64,000 nucleotides of DNA from Octopus sinensis (Eukaryota), in contig NC_043005.1 of NCBI RefSeq assembly GCF_006345805.1, positions 108,252,001 through 108,316,000 of the forward strand, given 5' to 3'. Shown piece by piece: positions 13,352-25,560 of the stretch. Position 1 is the stretch's first letter. Each line of letters begins with the position of its first letter. A program made the translations under genes and the position numbers. Below the pieces are notes generated by a model that saw only the letters and a list, made by a program, of their open reading frames with translations, did no database searches and was not told the origin of the DNA.

Positions 13352-13443
13352 ATTGACAGTGAATTCGGAATTTCGACCAGCTAAGCGATCGCCGGCCGAC
13401 GATCGATGGTTTAGCTGGCCTGAACTTCGAAGTCACTGTCAAT
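13352..13443 (+). other. 92-nt imperfect hairpin (pre-miRNA-like or tiny fold-back)
   Basis: ATTGACAGTGA/TCACTGTCAAT 11 bp, CCAGCTAAGC/GTTTAGCTGG 10 bp, GATCG/CGATC 5 bp, 8-nt loop. Three G-U pairs on the + strand. Confidence 0.5.
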
Positions 13444-13879
13444 GATATTCTTGTTTAAGAATAATAAATTTCTGCTCTACAAAAGAACAGACTAACCCTT
13501 CAGATTAATATAAAATTGTTTTTATTGTAACTGAAAGTAAAAGCAAACATTAATATACATATACATTTATATATAATGAGAAAGCGAAAGAGTGTGTTTG
13601 AATGAGTGAGAATGTGGGAGGAAGGAGGACATAAATTTTCAAGCTATCTATATTTCAAAGTAGTCCTCAAGTTTTCCCCCTTCTAATCAAACAATAACTT
13701 GTGTGTTTAGATAATTAAACTTGTAGAATAAACATTTCAAGTCCAGTAAAAACAGAAGGTTAAACATGGCTGAAAGGCCAACGGAGAATAGAAACAAAAG
13801 ATTTTCAAAGTGAAAGTAAAATTAAAATAAAATAACATTTTACCAATTATTGTAGTTCATTATAAATAATTCAATGTAT

Positions 13880-14119
13880 GAGGATGGTGGTGGTAGTGGA
13901 GGTGGTGGTGGTGGTGGTGGTGGTGGTGGTGGTAACGGCTGCTGCGGTGGTTGTGGTGGTGACGTGTGGTGGTGGAAATGGTGGTGGAGGTAGAGGGAAA
14001 TTGAAGATTCCTTTTGTGAAATTTTCTTTTGTTTTGATTAATCATTAGTGTATGTACGTATATATGTAAATAGAAGTTTATGCAAATATATATATATATA
14101 TATAAAAGTTTATGCAAAT

Positions 14120-14187
<68 letters not shown>

Positions 14188-14237
14188 TAGATAGATAGAT
14201 AGATATATAGATAGATAGATAGATAGATAGATAGAAT

Positions 14238-14318
<81 letters not shown>

Positions 14319-14320
14319 AT

Positions 14321-14355
<35 letters not shown>

Positions 14356-14369
14356 GGATAGATAGATAT

Positions 14370-14432
<63 letters not shown>

Positions 14433-14456
14433 TGCATAAATATATATATGTATATG

Positions 14457-14495
<39 letters not shown>
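13880..14495. repeat. (GGT)n block, then (TA)n-(GATA)n-(TA)n
   Basis: Direct inspection. Confidence 0.9.
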
Positions 14496-14496
<1 letters not shown>

Positions 14497-14498
14497 CA

Positions 14499-14709
14499 AA
14501 TAAATGAAAGAATGGAGTTGAACGATGAATTAACAAAATTCCTTTATTTTATTTTCGACATATGTTTCGAAGGCTGCATATTCCTAATTTCGAAGGAATG
14601 CACCCCTTATTCCTTCGAAATTAGGAATATGCAGCCTTCGAAACATATGTCGAAAATAAAATAAAGGAATTTTGTTAATTCATCGTTCAACTCCATTCTT
14701 TCATTTATT
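14499..14709. repeat. Perfect 211-bp fold-back (101-bp arms, 9-nt loop)
   Basis: aataaatgaaag...cgaaggaat, loop gcacccctt, attccttcg...ctttcatttatt. Paired positions sum to 29208. Confidence 0.9.
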
Positions 14710-14864
14710 GTATTTAAAAAAACACATAAATTTCCACACGATAGCACGTGATCTCTGCCCTAGGCATGTAGCTTCAACCGTGTTTTTCTGACGTGAATTT
14801 GCTACCGAGGTATCGGTTAACCGAATTATCCATAATAAGATAATTCATTCAACTACTCAATTAT

Positions 14865-14897
14865 TCATATATATATATATATATTATATATATATAT

Positions 14898-14953
<56 letters not shown>

Positions 14954-15075
14954 TAAATATATATATATGTATATATTCACACACACATACACACACACAT
15001 ATATGTATGCATATATTCATGTCTGTATGTACGTATGCATATGTGCTTGTATGTTCATGTCTATGTGTATATGTA
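14865..15075. repeat. (TA)n-(GA)n-(CA)n compound microsatellite
   Basis: Direct inspection. Confidence 0.9.
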
Positions 15076-16562
15076 TGCATTCGTTTGAGCGAGATTATGC
15101 TTGTTATTTGGTTTTATATTAAAAATCATACACTAAAGTTGAATAATCATATTTCCAACGCAGAAACAGACCTTTTTTTATCAGAATTTAGATATATCTT
15201 TATCGGTCTTTTCTGCTTATGTGTATGTATGTGCACATGTGTTGGCACACTTCTATGTTTTTATACCCATGTATGTGCATGTGTACTTAATACAAGCTAA
15301 AATTTTGGAACATTTTGCATGCTTTCATAGTTCCATCAATTGCTTGCTGTTATCCCCTTTATCGATGAACTTTGAAGAATACATGAGTTGCTTGCGTGAA
15401 ATCAGAGACACCAACTTGGCACGGTATCTTCGGAGTTGACCTGAAATTTTATGCATAAAATAAATACTCTATGAAGGAACGCCTTGTCATAGTTACGCAA
15501 TTTTCAATCGCATTTAGCAAAGATTAAATTTTCAGCATCAAGGAAAGCAAAAATCAAGCTTAGGTATACCTCTATCAATGTTCTGACTATTTCTCCTATA
15601 TCTAATGAGTATTTCTGATGATGTCATTTGCAACAAGGATCACGTAACCAAAGAATATTATTCTCAGATACAGAATAAAAGCCGGTATGGCTAAAGCCTT
15701 TGACTGAAACAAGTAATGCCACCCCAACTCCGATCTGTTTGCTGTACTAGTATTCATACCAATATTTCTGCTACACCATACGACGCTAGATACAATCCAA
15801 GGCATTAATGCTTAAAACTACAAAACAGTTAAGCAATCCCAGAATTTTCCCCATCAATGGTGGTATAGACTACCTGTATCGAAGTCAAACAAACGAACGG
15901 AGATAATTGGTATCAATTGAAACAGCTGGTGAATGTCCATCGTATCCATAGTATAATAGCATGTACTAATCACAAGTTAGTAATGTTCCTCCAAAAAAAT
16001 CGAATTTGCATACCCGAAGCAAATAACATCCCTGAGAGTTAGGAAGGAGCAGCTCGGAAATTGTTCCCTGAAAGTCCTACCACAGCAGAACAACACGCAA
16101 CAACATTCTACTAACCAGCAGATCATGGAGGGTCAAGAGCTCTCAGTGTAGCAGCGTGTCAAAGTAGTATGTCTTGGACAAAATGGAAACATATTAGACT
16201 TCATTTTGAAGGGTATACTTGGCCGAGTTAACTGAAACAGCGTGAAATGAAGTGTCTAGCTCAAAGAGATAACAAGCAGTCTGGATCCCAAATTGAACTC
16301 CCCATTTTCCCCTGGTAAAACCAATACCCTTACATCTAGATCAACAGCCTTCACGTGCACACTTACCCACACACTTGTATATAAAACAAACTTGACACGC
16401 TTCTAGCATATGAATCTTTTGAACTATTTAATGATTTGGGTGATAAAAGAAACCAAAAGCAATACGTGTGTGCCTGTATGTATGTATTTGTGTATGTATG
16501 TATGTATGTGTGTGTGTGTATGTATACATACATATACATTTTCCTTCCGGTCTTTCAAAATG

Positions 16563-16754
16563 TGACCTCGTGTGTACCGTTGGCGATTTTTTTTCCTCTG
16601 TCTTCCCTTCTCTGGATCTTTCCTTCTCCTATGTTTCCGACGAAGAGCTCCGCTCGAAACGTTAAACCCTCCTTCTTTCCCGAGAGTCCAATAATACTAT
16701 ATTTGTTCCACGTCCTCGCATTGTTGTGTTTTTTTTGTGCTTTCTTGTTTGGAT

Positions 16755-16759
<5 letters not shown>
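16563..16759 (+). mobile_element. Family F remnant (Penelope-like terminus) ending in (TA)n
   Basis: Matches 47884-48085 closely and ends ggattaact(at)n. Confidence 0.7.
16633..16667 (+). ncRNA. Minimal type-I hammerhead-like motif, CCGACGA core variant
   Basis: GUUU-CCGACGA-A-GAGC-UCC-GCUC-GAAAC-GUU-AAAC. Confidence 0.5.
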
Positions 16760-16795
<36 letters not shown>

Positions 16796-18008
16796 GATAA
16801 CATACGTTTGTGTGTGTATGCGTGTGTATCTATGTATACGCATTCATTTAATTATCCATATACAAGTCATAGCAACGCATACACACGTGAATTGTCTTTT
16901 GTTTCATTTTCCTGTTGCATAATTTAGTTTCTTTGAATTGTTTTATAATTTAAAAAATAAAACAACCATTTTTATAACCCCCTACTCCTCCTCTTTCGCT
17001 CCTCCATATCCCCCAACAGCCAACACCATAACAGCTCTGTGAAAAACGACAACCTTATCGAACCCCAACAGCCATCCTCACTTCTTTCTACCCATCCATC
17101 CATTTGCTGAGCTATCAACCCACCTTATTATGCTTGCACAGAATTTATTATTATATCAATTAATTATTTAATTAATTTACGACTCTAAGGATACTTCATT
17201 AGCACTACTAGAACAATAACAACAACATCAATATTAAAACAATTTTTAAAATATTTTTTTTTAAATGTAGAAATGAAGAAAAACAAATTAGATGAAATAA
17301 CATATACAAAACAAATTCACAGCAATAAAGAAATACGTTAACCAGCGAACAAGCATTAGCGTTTATTTTAGTTTATTAAGTGTCAATACTCAAAGCTACA
17401 TTAATTAGCTCAATATCTCTCTTGTTCTGCACATTTAAATGTTACAACAGCTCGTCGATCACTTCAATTCTCGAGCAGCTTGTGGTTGTGAATGATGTTG
17501 TTATTGTTGTAGATATTCTTTTTATTTGTTACTTTTGTTCTTATTTGTGGTAGTGTTTTTAGTTGTTGTTTTTGGAGTTGTAGCTCTTTTCTTTCTTTTA
17601 TTTTTATTTTTGTTAGTTTCGAATTTGCTGTTGATATTGTTGTTGTTCCCATTATTTTTGCTCTGGCTATTGCTGTTGTTATTGTTGTTGTCTTCGTTGT
17701 TGTTGTTGTTGTTTACATTTCTGTTTTCGTTGCTGTTATGGCCGTTGAATTTGCTTTTGTTTTCGTGACATCGTAGTTATTGTTGTTGCTGTTTTGTTGC
17801 CATTGTTGACTTTGTTGACATTGTTGTTGTTGTTGTTGCTGTTTAACCCCGGGTTAAATATAATCTATCACCTTTAATCAAAGCCATTCCAATTATGACC
17901 ATCTAGTTTTTTTAAGTGTATCTAGGCCTACACTATATAACGTATCTCCAATTTTTTTAAAGACAGTAGTATAAAGAAAGGAGAGTTAACCGCTATTTCT
18001 GGCAAAAT

Positions 18009-18392
18009 GTAGGAGTGGCTGTGTGGTATGTAGCTTGCTTACGAACCACATGGTTCCGAGAACAGTCCCACTTCGTAGCACCTTGGGCAAGTGTCTTCTA
18101 CTATAGCCTCGGGCCGACAAAAGCCTTGTGAGTGGATTTGGTAGACGGAAACTGAAAGAAGCCCGTCGTATATATGTATGTGTGTGTATGTGTTTGTGTG
18201 TCTGTGTTTGTCCCCTCAATATCGCTTGACAACCGATACTGGTGTGCTTATGTCCCCGTAACTTAGCAGTTCGGCAAAAGAGACCGATAGAATAAGTACT
18301 AGGCTTACAAATAATAAGTCCTGGGTTCGATTTGCTCGACTAAAGGCGGTGCTCCAGCATGGGCATAGTTAAATGACTGAAACAAGTGAGAA
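18009..18392 (+). mobile_element. SINE family B full-length
   Basis: gtaggagtggctgtgtgg head, ggcaccttgggcaagtgtcttct CORE-like block, aaatgactgaaacaagt tail. Confidence 0.9.
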
Positions 18393-18436
18393 AAACTGTA
18401 AAAGGCTCCTTCGGTGGCTCATTACTGTTGACTGTG

Positions 18437-18465
18437 GGGTTAGGGTTAGGGTTAGGGTTAGGTTA
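18437..18465 (+). repeat. Short interstitial (TTAGGG)n run
   Basis: gggTTAGGGTTAGGGTTAGGGTTAGGtta. Confidence 0.7.
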
Positions 18466-18659
18466 TCCCTTTTCGTTGCTATTATTGTGCATCATACTGT
18501 ATCTCTTGCTTTCCTTGTGTTTGGTATGGGTATTTGTGATGCTGTTTCCCCTTTCCGAATATTTCAACCTCAAACGTAACTTCCTGGATTTTAGGGTTAA
18601 TGCTATACGTTACGTACGTCTATGTGTATATAAGTGTGCTGAATTTCTGAACATATATC

Positions 18660-18851
18660 TGTCATACGTTATGTATGTGTTTGTGTATGTGTGTTCATGT
18701 ATATATTCACATACACACACACACACACACACATACACATTTATATACATATACCAAAAAATTTGTCTTAGCATTAATTTAATGTGTGTGTGATGTATAG
18801 ATATATGTACGTATATATAAGCATATTTATGCGTGTGTTTATGTATGTACG

Positions 18852-18900
<49 letters not shown>

Positions 18901-18949
18901 ACATTGTGTACATACATTCGAACACAAGCACGCATACATACATACATGC

Positions 18950-18997
<48 letters not shown>

Positions 18998-19054
18998 TAT
19001 ATATACATGCATACATATATATACCTATATATATATAAAAATATATATATACAT

Positions 19055-19110
<56 letters not shown>
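18660..19110. repeat. (TA)n/(TG)n/(CA)n microsatellite cluster
   Basis: Direct inspection. Confidence 0.9.
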
Positions 19111-19111
<1 letters not shown>

Positions 19112-19799
19112 GCTTTATTTGTACACAATGCTGACATTAAAATTTCATTCAAGTTAAAGGTTTTTTTTCAGATTAAATTTTCAATTTTCTTTCTTGCTTA
19201 TCTTTTCAAAACTGACGCATTCAGCTTTGCCAAACACACACACACACAAAAAAATAGTAAGTAACAATAAAAATGGAAATAACGAAATAAACAGAAAGTA
19301 CTCATAAAAAAAAAGCATTATTAAAAATACAAATACAAAAAGGACAATCGCAAGTGAAATTTAAATAAACAAAAAAAAATAGAGATCTGACATTTTCTTT
19401 CTCTATCTAAAGATGAAATTTATTACGTGACAGAAAAAAAAGAACGGGATATAAAATTAGCATAAAAATTTTATAACGAATAAAAATGAAAATTAAAAAA
19501 TTATATATATATGTATTCTCTCTAAAATTAGAAAAACCATGAGGGAAAGATTAAATATAAATATTCTAAAAGATATAACGATAATGATGATGATGGTGAT
19601 GATGATAGTAATAATAATCGAAATAAAAAAAATAACAACAATGATAATACCAACAACAATAGCAACAATAATAACAATATGTTGCTATAAAAATAGGCTA
19701 CTTTGTCAATTATATTTTGGTCTCTATCTCGTGAAAGAATCTATTTTGTTGCAGAACTTTTAAATGCATCAAAATACAAGGATTGAAAATTTACAAAGT

Positions 19800-19822
19800 A
19801 TTTATTTATTCATTCATTCATT

Positions 19823-19895
<73 letters not shown>

Positions 19896-19910
19896 GTAGT
19901 AGTAGTAGTA

Positions 19911-19951
<41 letters not shown>

Positions 19952-19966
19952 TAGTAGTAGTATTAT

Positions 19967-20028
<62 letters not shown>

Positions 20029-20034
20029 TATTAT

Positions 20035-20084
<50 letters not shown>

Positions 20085-20111
20085 TTATTAATAATATTAT
20101 TATTATTATTA

Positions 20112-20144
<33 letters not shown>

Positions 20145-20191
20145 TATTATTATCATCATCATCATCATCACCACCACCACCACCACCGTCG

Positions 20192-20225
<34 letters not shown>

Positions 20226-20256
20226 TATTATATTATTATTATTATTATTATTATTA
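19800..20256. repeat. Compound trinucleotide array TTC-TTA-TAG-TTA-TAG-TTA-TCA-CCA-TCG-TCA-TTA
   Basis: Direct inspection. Confidence 0.95.
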
Positions 20257-20631
20257 AAGTGCGAACTGGCAGAAACATTAGCACGCCGTATTTCGTCTGC
20301 CGCTACGTTCTGAGTTCAAATTCCGACGAGGTCGACTTTGCCTTTCATCCTTTCGGGGTCGATTAAATAAGTACCAGTTACGCACTGGGGTCGATATAAT
20401 CGACTTAATCCGTTTGTCTGTCCTTGTCTGTCCACTACCCTTGTGGGTAGTAAAGAAATAGGTATTTTGTCCATCTTCATCTTCTAAGTTCAAATTCCAC
20501 CGAGGTAAGCTTTGCCGTTCATCCTTTCGGGGTCGATTAAATAAGTACCAGTCAAGTACTGGGCTCGATGTAATCGACTCACCCCTCTCCCAAATTTCAG
20601 GGCCTCGTGCCTATAGTAGAAATTATTATTA
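20257..20631 (+). mobile_element. SINE family A dimer (A1 monomer, second core, A2 tail)
   Basis: Junction aaagaaatag|gtattttgtc at 20461/20462. Two gaggt(c/a)..ctttgcc cores. Confidence 0.85.
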
Positions 20632-21224
20632 TTTTTGGAGAGTCGGAAAAATGCCTTGTGGTATTTGTTTCAGCTCTTTAAGTCCTGAGTTCAAATTTTT
20701 CTGTCGTAAAGAATTCAAGTTAACCCACCCCACCTCCATTTCAAGTTACCTCTCGATAATCTGAAACTTTGCATCGGTCACGGTACCCCCCTCTATGATT
20801 TCACGGAAATGCTAAGTTCTAATGCTTACAAATCATGATACATTTACAGCATTAAACATATGCAACATTGAAGCTAATACTAAGAATTGAAAAAAATAAA
20901 ATACTGAATCAGATTTTTAAACATTCTTTAACCTTTTTATGAAACCTTTTAAGAACACTTTTTAGAGATTCTAAGTTTGCAATTTTTTAAAAGAAAAATA
21001 TTTTATTCCTTTTTAATGAGAAACTGGTTCGGATTAGAGGATTTACGACCGCAATACATTTTTTCCCCATAAATTTATGCCGTTTATGTATTTGAAGTGT
21101 ATAAATATATATTTTGTTTATGCGAACGAAATACATTTACATGCAAGACAAAATATCTTACTACACTTTAAATGCGAACAAATATTTAATATACAAAACA
21201 AAATAAATCAATACCCTTTATATG

Positions 21225-21365
21225 TGTCAGTTTTTCTCAACTGCTTACCTAAAGAAATCAGAAATATAAAAGAAACCTCTAGTGAGTCATTAAAAAATAC
21301 ATTCGATAAAGTCCTAATGGCAAAACCGGACTCAGGGAAGATTAGCTGCTACTAACTCAATCATA
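21225..21365 (+). mobile_element. Decayed L2/CR1-group LINE 3' coding end
   Basis: FLNCLPKEIRNIKETSSESLKNTFDKVLMAKPD resembles the LFN.LP..IR......FK..LDK.L..IPD C-terminus. Confidence 0.45.
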
Positions 21366-21517
21366 GACTAACTTATTGCAATTAAGTTACAATAAAACTG
21401 ATAGAAGATAAGTTAATGCGGTACTTCAGTATGGCCACAGTTTTTCGACTGAAAGCATTAAAAGAATTAAAGAAGAATTATTGGAAGTTATAATAATTAT
21501 TCATTACATAAAACATA

Positions 21518-21922
21518 CTCACTCTTTACTCTTTATTCTTTTCCTGGTTTCAGTCATTTGACTGTGGCCATGCTGGAGCACCGCCTTTAGTCGAGCAAAT
21601 CCACCCAAGGACTTATTCTTTGTAAGCCTAGTACTTATTCTATCGGTCTCTTTTGCCGAACCGCTAAGTTACGGGGACGTAAACACACCAGCATCGGTTG
21701 TCAAGCGACGTTGAGGGGACAAACACAGACACACAAACATACATATATACATATATACGACGGGCTTCTTTCAGTTTCCGTCTACCAAATCCACTCACTA
21801 GGCTTTGGTCGGCCCGAGGATATATTAGAAGACACTTGCCCGAGGTGCCGCGCAGTGGGACTGAATTCGGAATCATGTGGTTGGTGAGCAAGCTACTCAC
21901 CACACAGCCACTCCTACGCCTA
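21518..21922 (-). mobile_element. SINE family B full-length
   Basis: Close match to the other B copies. Confidence 0.9.
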
Positions 21923-22244
21923 TATAATAACTTATATAATAATTCTTTTATATGTCACTAGGACGATGGACGTTTGGGGAAGGATTTGAGTCAGACAATT
22001 TTTAACTATAGGAGACAGGATGAAGTCAATTTCAACTCACTCTAAAGTAATTTGAAATTGATTCCATCCTTCTGCCAATAATCTGAACACAATTCAAGTC
22101 ACCAAGACGTAAGTTCGATCGGAAATAATCTGAAATTGCGACATCGGGATTAACTTTGTCTTTCAACTTTCTAGGGTCGTAAAAACAAAGGATCTACCAA
22201 GTACTATAGTCATATTCTGGTGAACTTGTCCCTTATCCGATAAA

Positions 22245-22420
22245 TTTGCTTAGTGGCATTTCGTCCGTCTTTATGTTCTGAATTCAAATTCCGCCGTGGT
22301 CGACTTTGCTTTTCATCCTTTTGAGGTGTCAATAAATTAAGTACCAGCAAAACACAACGGTCGATGTAATCGAATAGTCCCCTCGCCCAACATTTCAGGC
22401 CTTGTGCCTTTGGTAGAAAT
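22245..22420 (+). mobile_element. SINE family A, tail A2, running into (ATT)n
   Basis: gcttagtggcatttcgtccg...caaattccgccgtggtcgactttgc...tttcaggccttgtgcctttggtagaa. Confidence 0.8.
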
Positions 22421-22455
22421 TATTGTTATTATTATTATTATTGTTATTATTGTTG

Positions 22456-22528
<73 letters not shown>

Positions 22529-22553
22529 CATCATTATTATTATTATTATTATT
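22421..22553. repeat. (ATT)n/(GTT)n
   Basis: Direct inspection. Confidence 0.95.
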
Positions 22554-22830
22554 GAGTAAGAGAGCAGTGCATGCCATCAAGGTGACACTGGGGTTTTACA
22601 AAGCTCAATATACCCATCATGACTACCCGTCTGATAAGGGTACACTAGGCACATACATCACAATCATACATGTGCGATATCGTGATCTCATTAAGATAAA
22701 CAGCACATGACCTTGCAGGTGGGGCCCAGTTATAATTTTCTTCAGGTTAATTAGCCCATCCCGCTCAAATGGTCCTTGAATAAAGGTTGTTTAAGGATGT
22801 TGAACGAAACACTCTTGTTTCCAGAGGTGA
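22554..22830 (-). mobile_element. Family T non-coding element, 5'-truncated, (AAT)n tail
   Basis: Matches the left half of 22844-23391. Confidence 0.8.
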
Positions 22831-22843
22831 TATTATTATTATT

Positions 22844-23389
22844 GAGTGAGCGAGCAGAGCATGCCATCAAAGTGACACTGGGGTAAAATATACGAAGCCC
22901 AGTATACCCATCATGACTACCCGTATGATAAGGGTACACCAGGCACATGCATCACAACCATATGTGCGCGACATGGTGATCTCATATCAAGATAAACAGC
23001 ACATGACCTTGCAGGTGGAGCCCAGTTAGAATTTTCTTCAGATCGAGTAACCCATCCCGCTCAAAAGGTCCCTGAATAAGGGTTATTTAAGGACGTTGAA
23101 CGAAACACTCATGTTTCCAGAGGTGAATTATTCAAACCCCAAAGAATCCTTCTCAACACATGGCTATGATGCTCCCCCACTACTTCTGCTCAGGATCAGA
23201 GATGCACATATCGTCAGCCACTGAGGGACATGCTCAACTGGTTAAGGTCAAAAAAATGACAAGCAAATCTGTGGTATTGAGCAGAATATTTGCTGTAGCC
23301 CATCTTTTATACCAAGACAGAACAATGTACATGATAACACTTCCAATCAGTTAAGATCAGAAGCCATGAGAGCCACTGCCTGGTACTGC

Positions 23390-23391
<2 letters not shown>
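22844..23391 (-). mobile_element. Family T non-coding element, about full length, flanked by (TAA)n
   Basis: Reverse complement of 35754-36288 (atgcagtaccaggcagtgg ... ctcactc-aataat). Confidence 0.85.
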
Positions 23392-23455
<64 letters not shown>

Positions 23456-23456
<1 letters not shown>

Positions 23457-24280
23457 GTTATCATTTTACTGGATATCATAGAAAATGTTAGCTGTCCCAC
23501 AGCAAGCAGACTAATAAGGTGACACTTGTTTACTGGTCAAACTTCAAAAACCTTAGGAAAAATTCTTGCAGTTCGAAGCAATGCTGAGTTTTATAGATTT
23601 TCTATCTTTCCATTGGCACCAGTCTTTTCCACCCATGCTGGTAGTTGAGTGCTGATACTTCCAAGAGCACCAATTAAAATTGGTATCATTGACCGCGACC
23701 TTCGTATTTCCCACTTCAAATCGTCGTAGTTGTTCAGTTTTTCTTTTTCTTTTTTTTTTATCCTGTTATCACCAGAACATGCTATGTCGATAATCATGCT
23801 AGGTCTTTCTTATTTTATTCACCACAACAATGTTCGATTTCCGATGTCTGGTCGGGTGATCGCACTGAATCATTGCGTCCCACAGGATTTTGCAATTTTC
23901 ATTGTCCTTGACTCCTCTGGAGCTTGCTCAAACCACGCCTTTGCTCTTTGTAGGCTGTAGTTTCCACAGAGCTTCCACTGGATTATTCTTGCCACATTCT
24001 TATGTCGTCTTTTCTAATCGCATTGTGACAATTTCGAGCATTCGCTAACGATCTGTCATACCATTTCACCCCTCTCACCACACATTCTGCATTTGTAGCT
24101 GTCCGTAGTGTTGTCGATTCTGCACTTCACATAGTTAGTCCTAAATGCTTGTTCTTGCGCTGAGCATATAAGTGCATCTGTCACTATCCTCAGGTCACTC
24201 ATCCTCATCCATAGCCACCGGTCTTCAGCATCCGTCTTGGCGTTCGTATCTCTTGCAAACCGACCATACATTTTTCTCAT
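23456..24280 (-). mobile_element. R4/Dong-type (RLE) non-LTR retrotransposon 3' fragment, decayed
   Basis: MYGRFAR...RWLWMR...ALICSAQEQAFRTN...KCRMCGERGE(CCHC)...RHKNVARIIQWKLC...RPDI...IIDIACSGD...EKEKLNNYDDLKWEI...IPILIGALG, i.e. zinc knuckle plus PD-(D/E)xK-type region. Followed by (TAA)n at 23455-23392. Confidence 0.8.
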
Positions 24281-24361
24281 TCCGTGTAGCTTGTTTCTTT
24301 GCGTGTGTGTGTATGTGTGTGTGTATTCTTTTTCTCTTTAAGATTTTCTTTCTTTACACAA

Positions 24362-24505
24362 TGAACGGTGTTAGAAAGGGCATCCAACCGTAGAAACCTT
24401 GCCAAAGCAGGCATTGGAACCCGGTGCAGTCTTCTGATTTGCGATCTTCTGTCGAAATGCTTAATTTATGCCAGCATGAAAAACGAATAATTGAAGATGA
24501 CGATA
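24362..24505 (+). mobile_element. Family E (RTE 3'UTR-type) degenerate fragment
   Basis: ggtgttagaaagggcatccaaccgtagaaacc...gccagcatgaaaaacgaat..gatgacgat. Confidence 0.55.
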
Positions 24506-24519
24506 TAAGAATATTGTGC

Positions 24520-24553
<34 letters not shown>

Positions 24554-24563
24554 ATGCATATGT

Positions 24564-24962
24564 GGAGGCGCAATGGCCCAGTGGTTAGGGCAGCGGACTC
24601 GCGGTCGTAGGATTTCGGTTTCGATTCCCAGACCGGGCGTTGTGAGTGTTTATTGAGCGAAAACACCTAAAAAATCCACGAGGCTCCGGCAGGGATGGTG
24701 GTGATCCCTGCTGTACTCTTTCACCACAACTTTCTCTCACTCTTACTTCCTGTTTCTGTTGTACCTGTATTTCAAAGGGCCGGTCTTGTCACTCTCTGTG
24801 TCACGCTGAATATCCCCGAGAACTACGTTAAGGGTGCACGTGTCTGTGGAGTGCTCAGCCACTTACACGTTAATTTTACGAGCAGGCTGTTCCGTTGATC
24901 GGATCAACCGGAACCCTCGTCGTCGTAACCGACGGAGTGCTTTAAAAAAAACAAAAAAAAAA
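24564..24962 (+). mobile_element. SINE family C (tRNA-derived), tail type C1
   Basis: A-box TGGCCCAGTGG, B-box GGTTTCGATTCCC, A-rich tail. Confidence 0.85.
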
Positions 24963-24984
24963 CATGCATATATACACATGACCA

Positions 24985-25165
24985 AGTGTTTAAGGCGTGG
25001 CACTCATGATCATAAGATAGTGATTTCAGTCCTAGGACCGGGTGGTGCGTTATGTTTTTGAGAAAAACATTTCATCTCACGTTGATCGCGAGGTGGTTTC
25101 CACACCTGACGTGTGACACACCGTTGCACATATTCAGGCAACGTCGATTTCAAGGAGGGAGTGGC
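24985..25165 (+). mobile_element. SINE family D head, degenerate, with a non-V tail
   Basis: catgaccaagtgtttaagg...ggaccgggtggtgcgttatgtttttgagaaaaacatttcatctcacgttg resembles the 40017 head. Confidence 0.5.
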
Positions 25166-25341
25166 CTAATACATAACATTTATTTGGTCACTATAAACAA
25201 ATTATTTATGCAGTTTTGTCAGCAAGAAATTGCAGTAAAGAATTTTCGGACTATGAGAGGCCACCATCACCACCAACCCCATGATCATCATCTGCTTAAT
25301 TTTCACAGTTAAAAGTTTACAACTGTAGTTTAGCTATTTAA

Positions 25342-25396
<55 letters not shown>

Positions 25397-25459
25397 ACCA
25401 CCACCACACCACCACCACCACCATCACTACCACCACTACCATCATCATCATCATCATCA

Positions 25460-25560
25460 TCCGTTCAAGAATTTGGACCTGGAGATCTCCATTTCCAGCG
25501 ACTTCGAGGGCCACCTCCCAGTGGTGTCGGGCGTCAATGAAGAGCCCTCGACAACAAGTC
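25460..25560 (-). mobile_element. Possible RTE LINE extreme 3' end with (GAT)n tail
   Basis: Minus strand: gacttgttgtcgagggctcttcattgacgcccgac ... ggatgatgatg. Only weak resemblance. Confidence 0.3.

Noticed and set aside
24564-24640. tRNA-like sequences at the heads of families A-D
   Set aside because: A/B boxes are present but a full cloverleaf is not, and each continues into SINE body. They are not tRNA genes.
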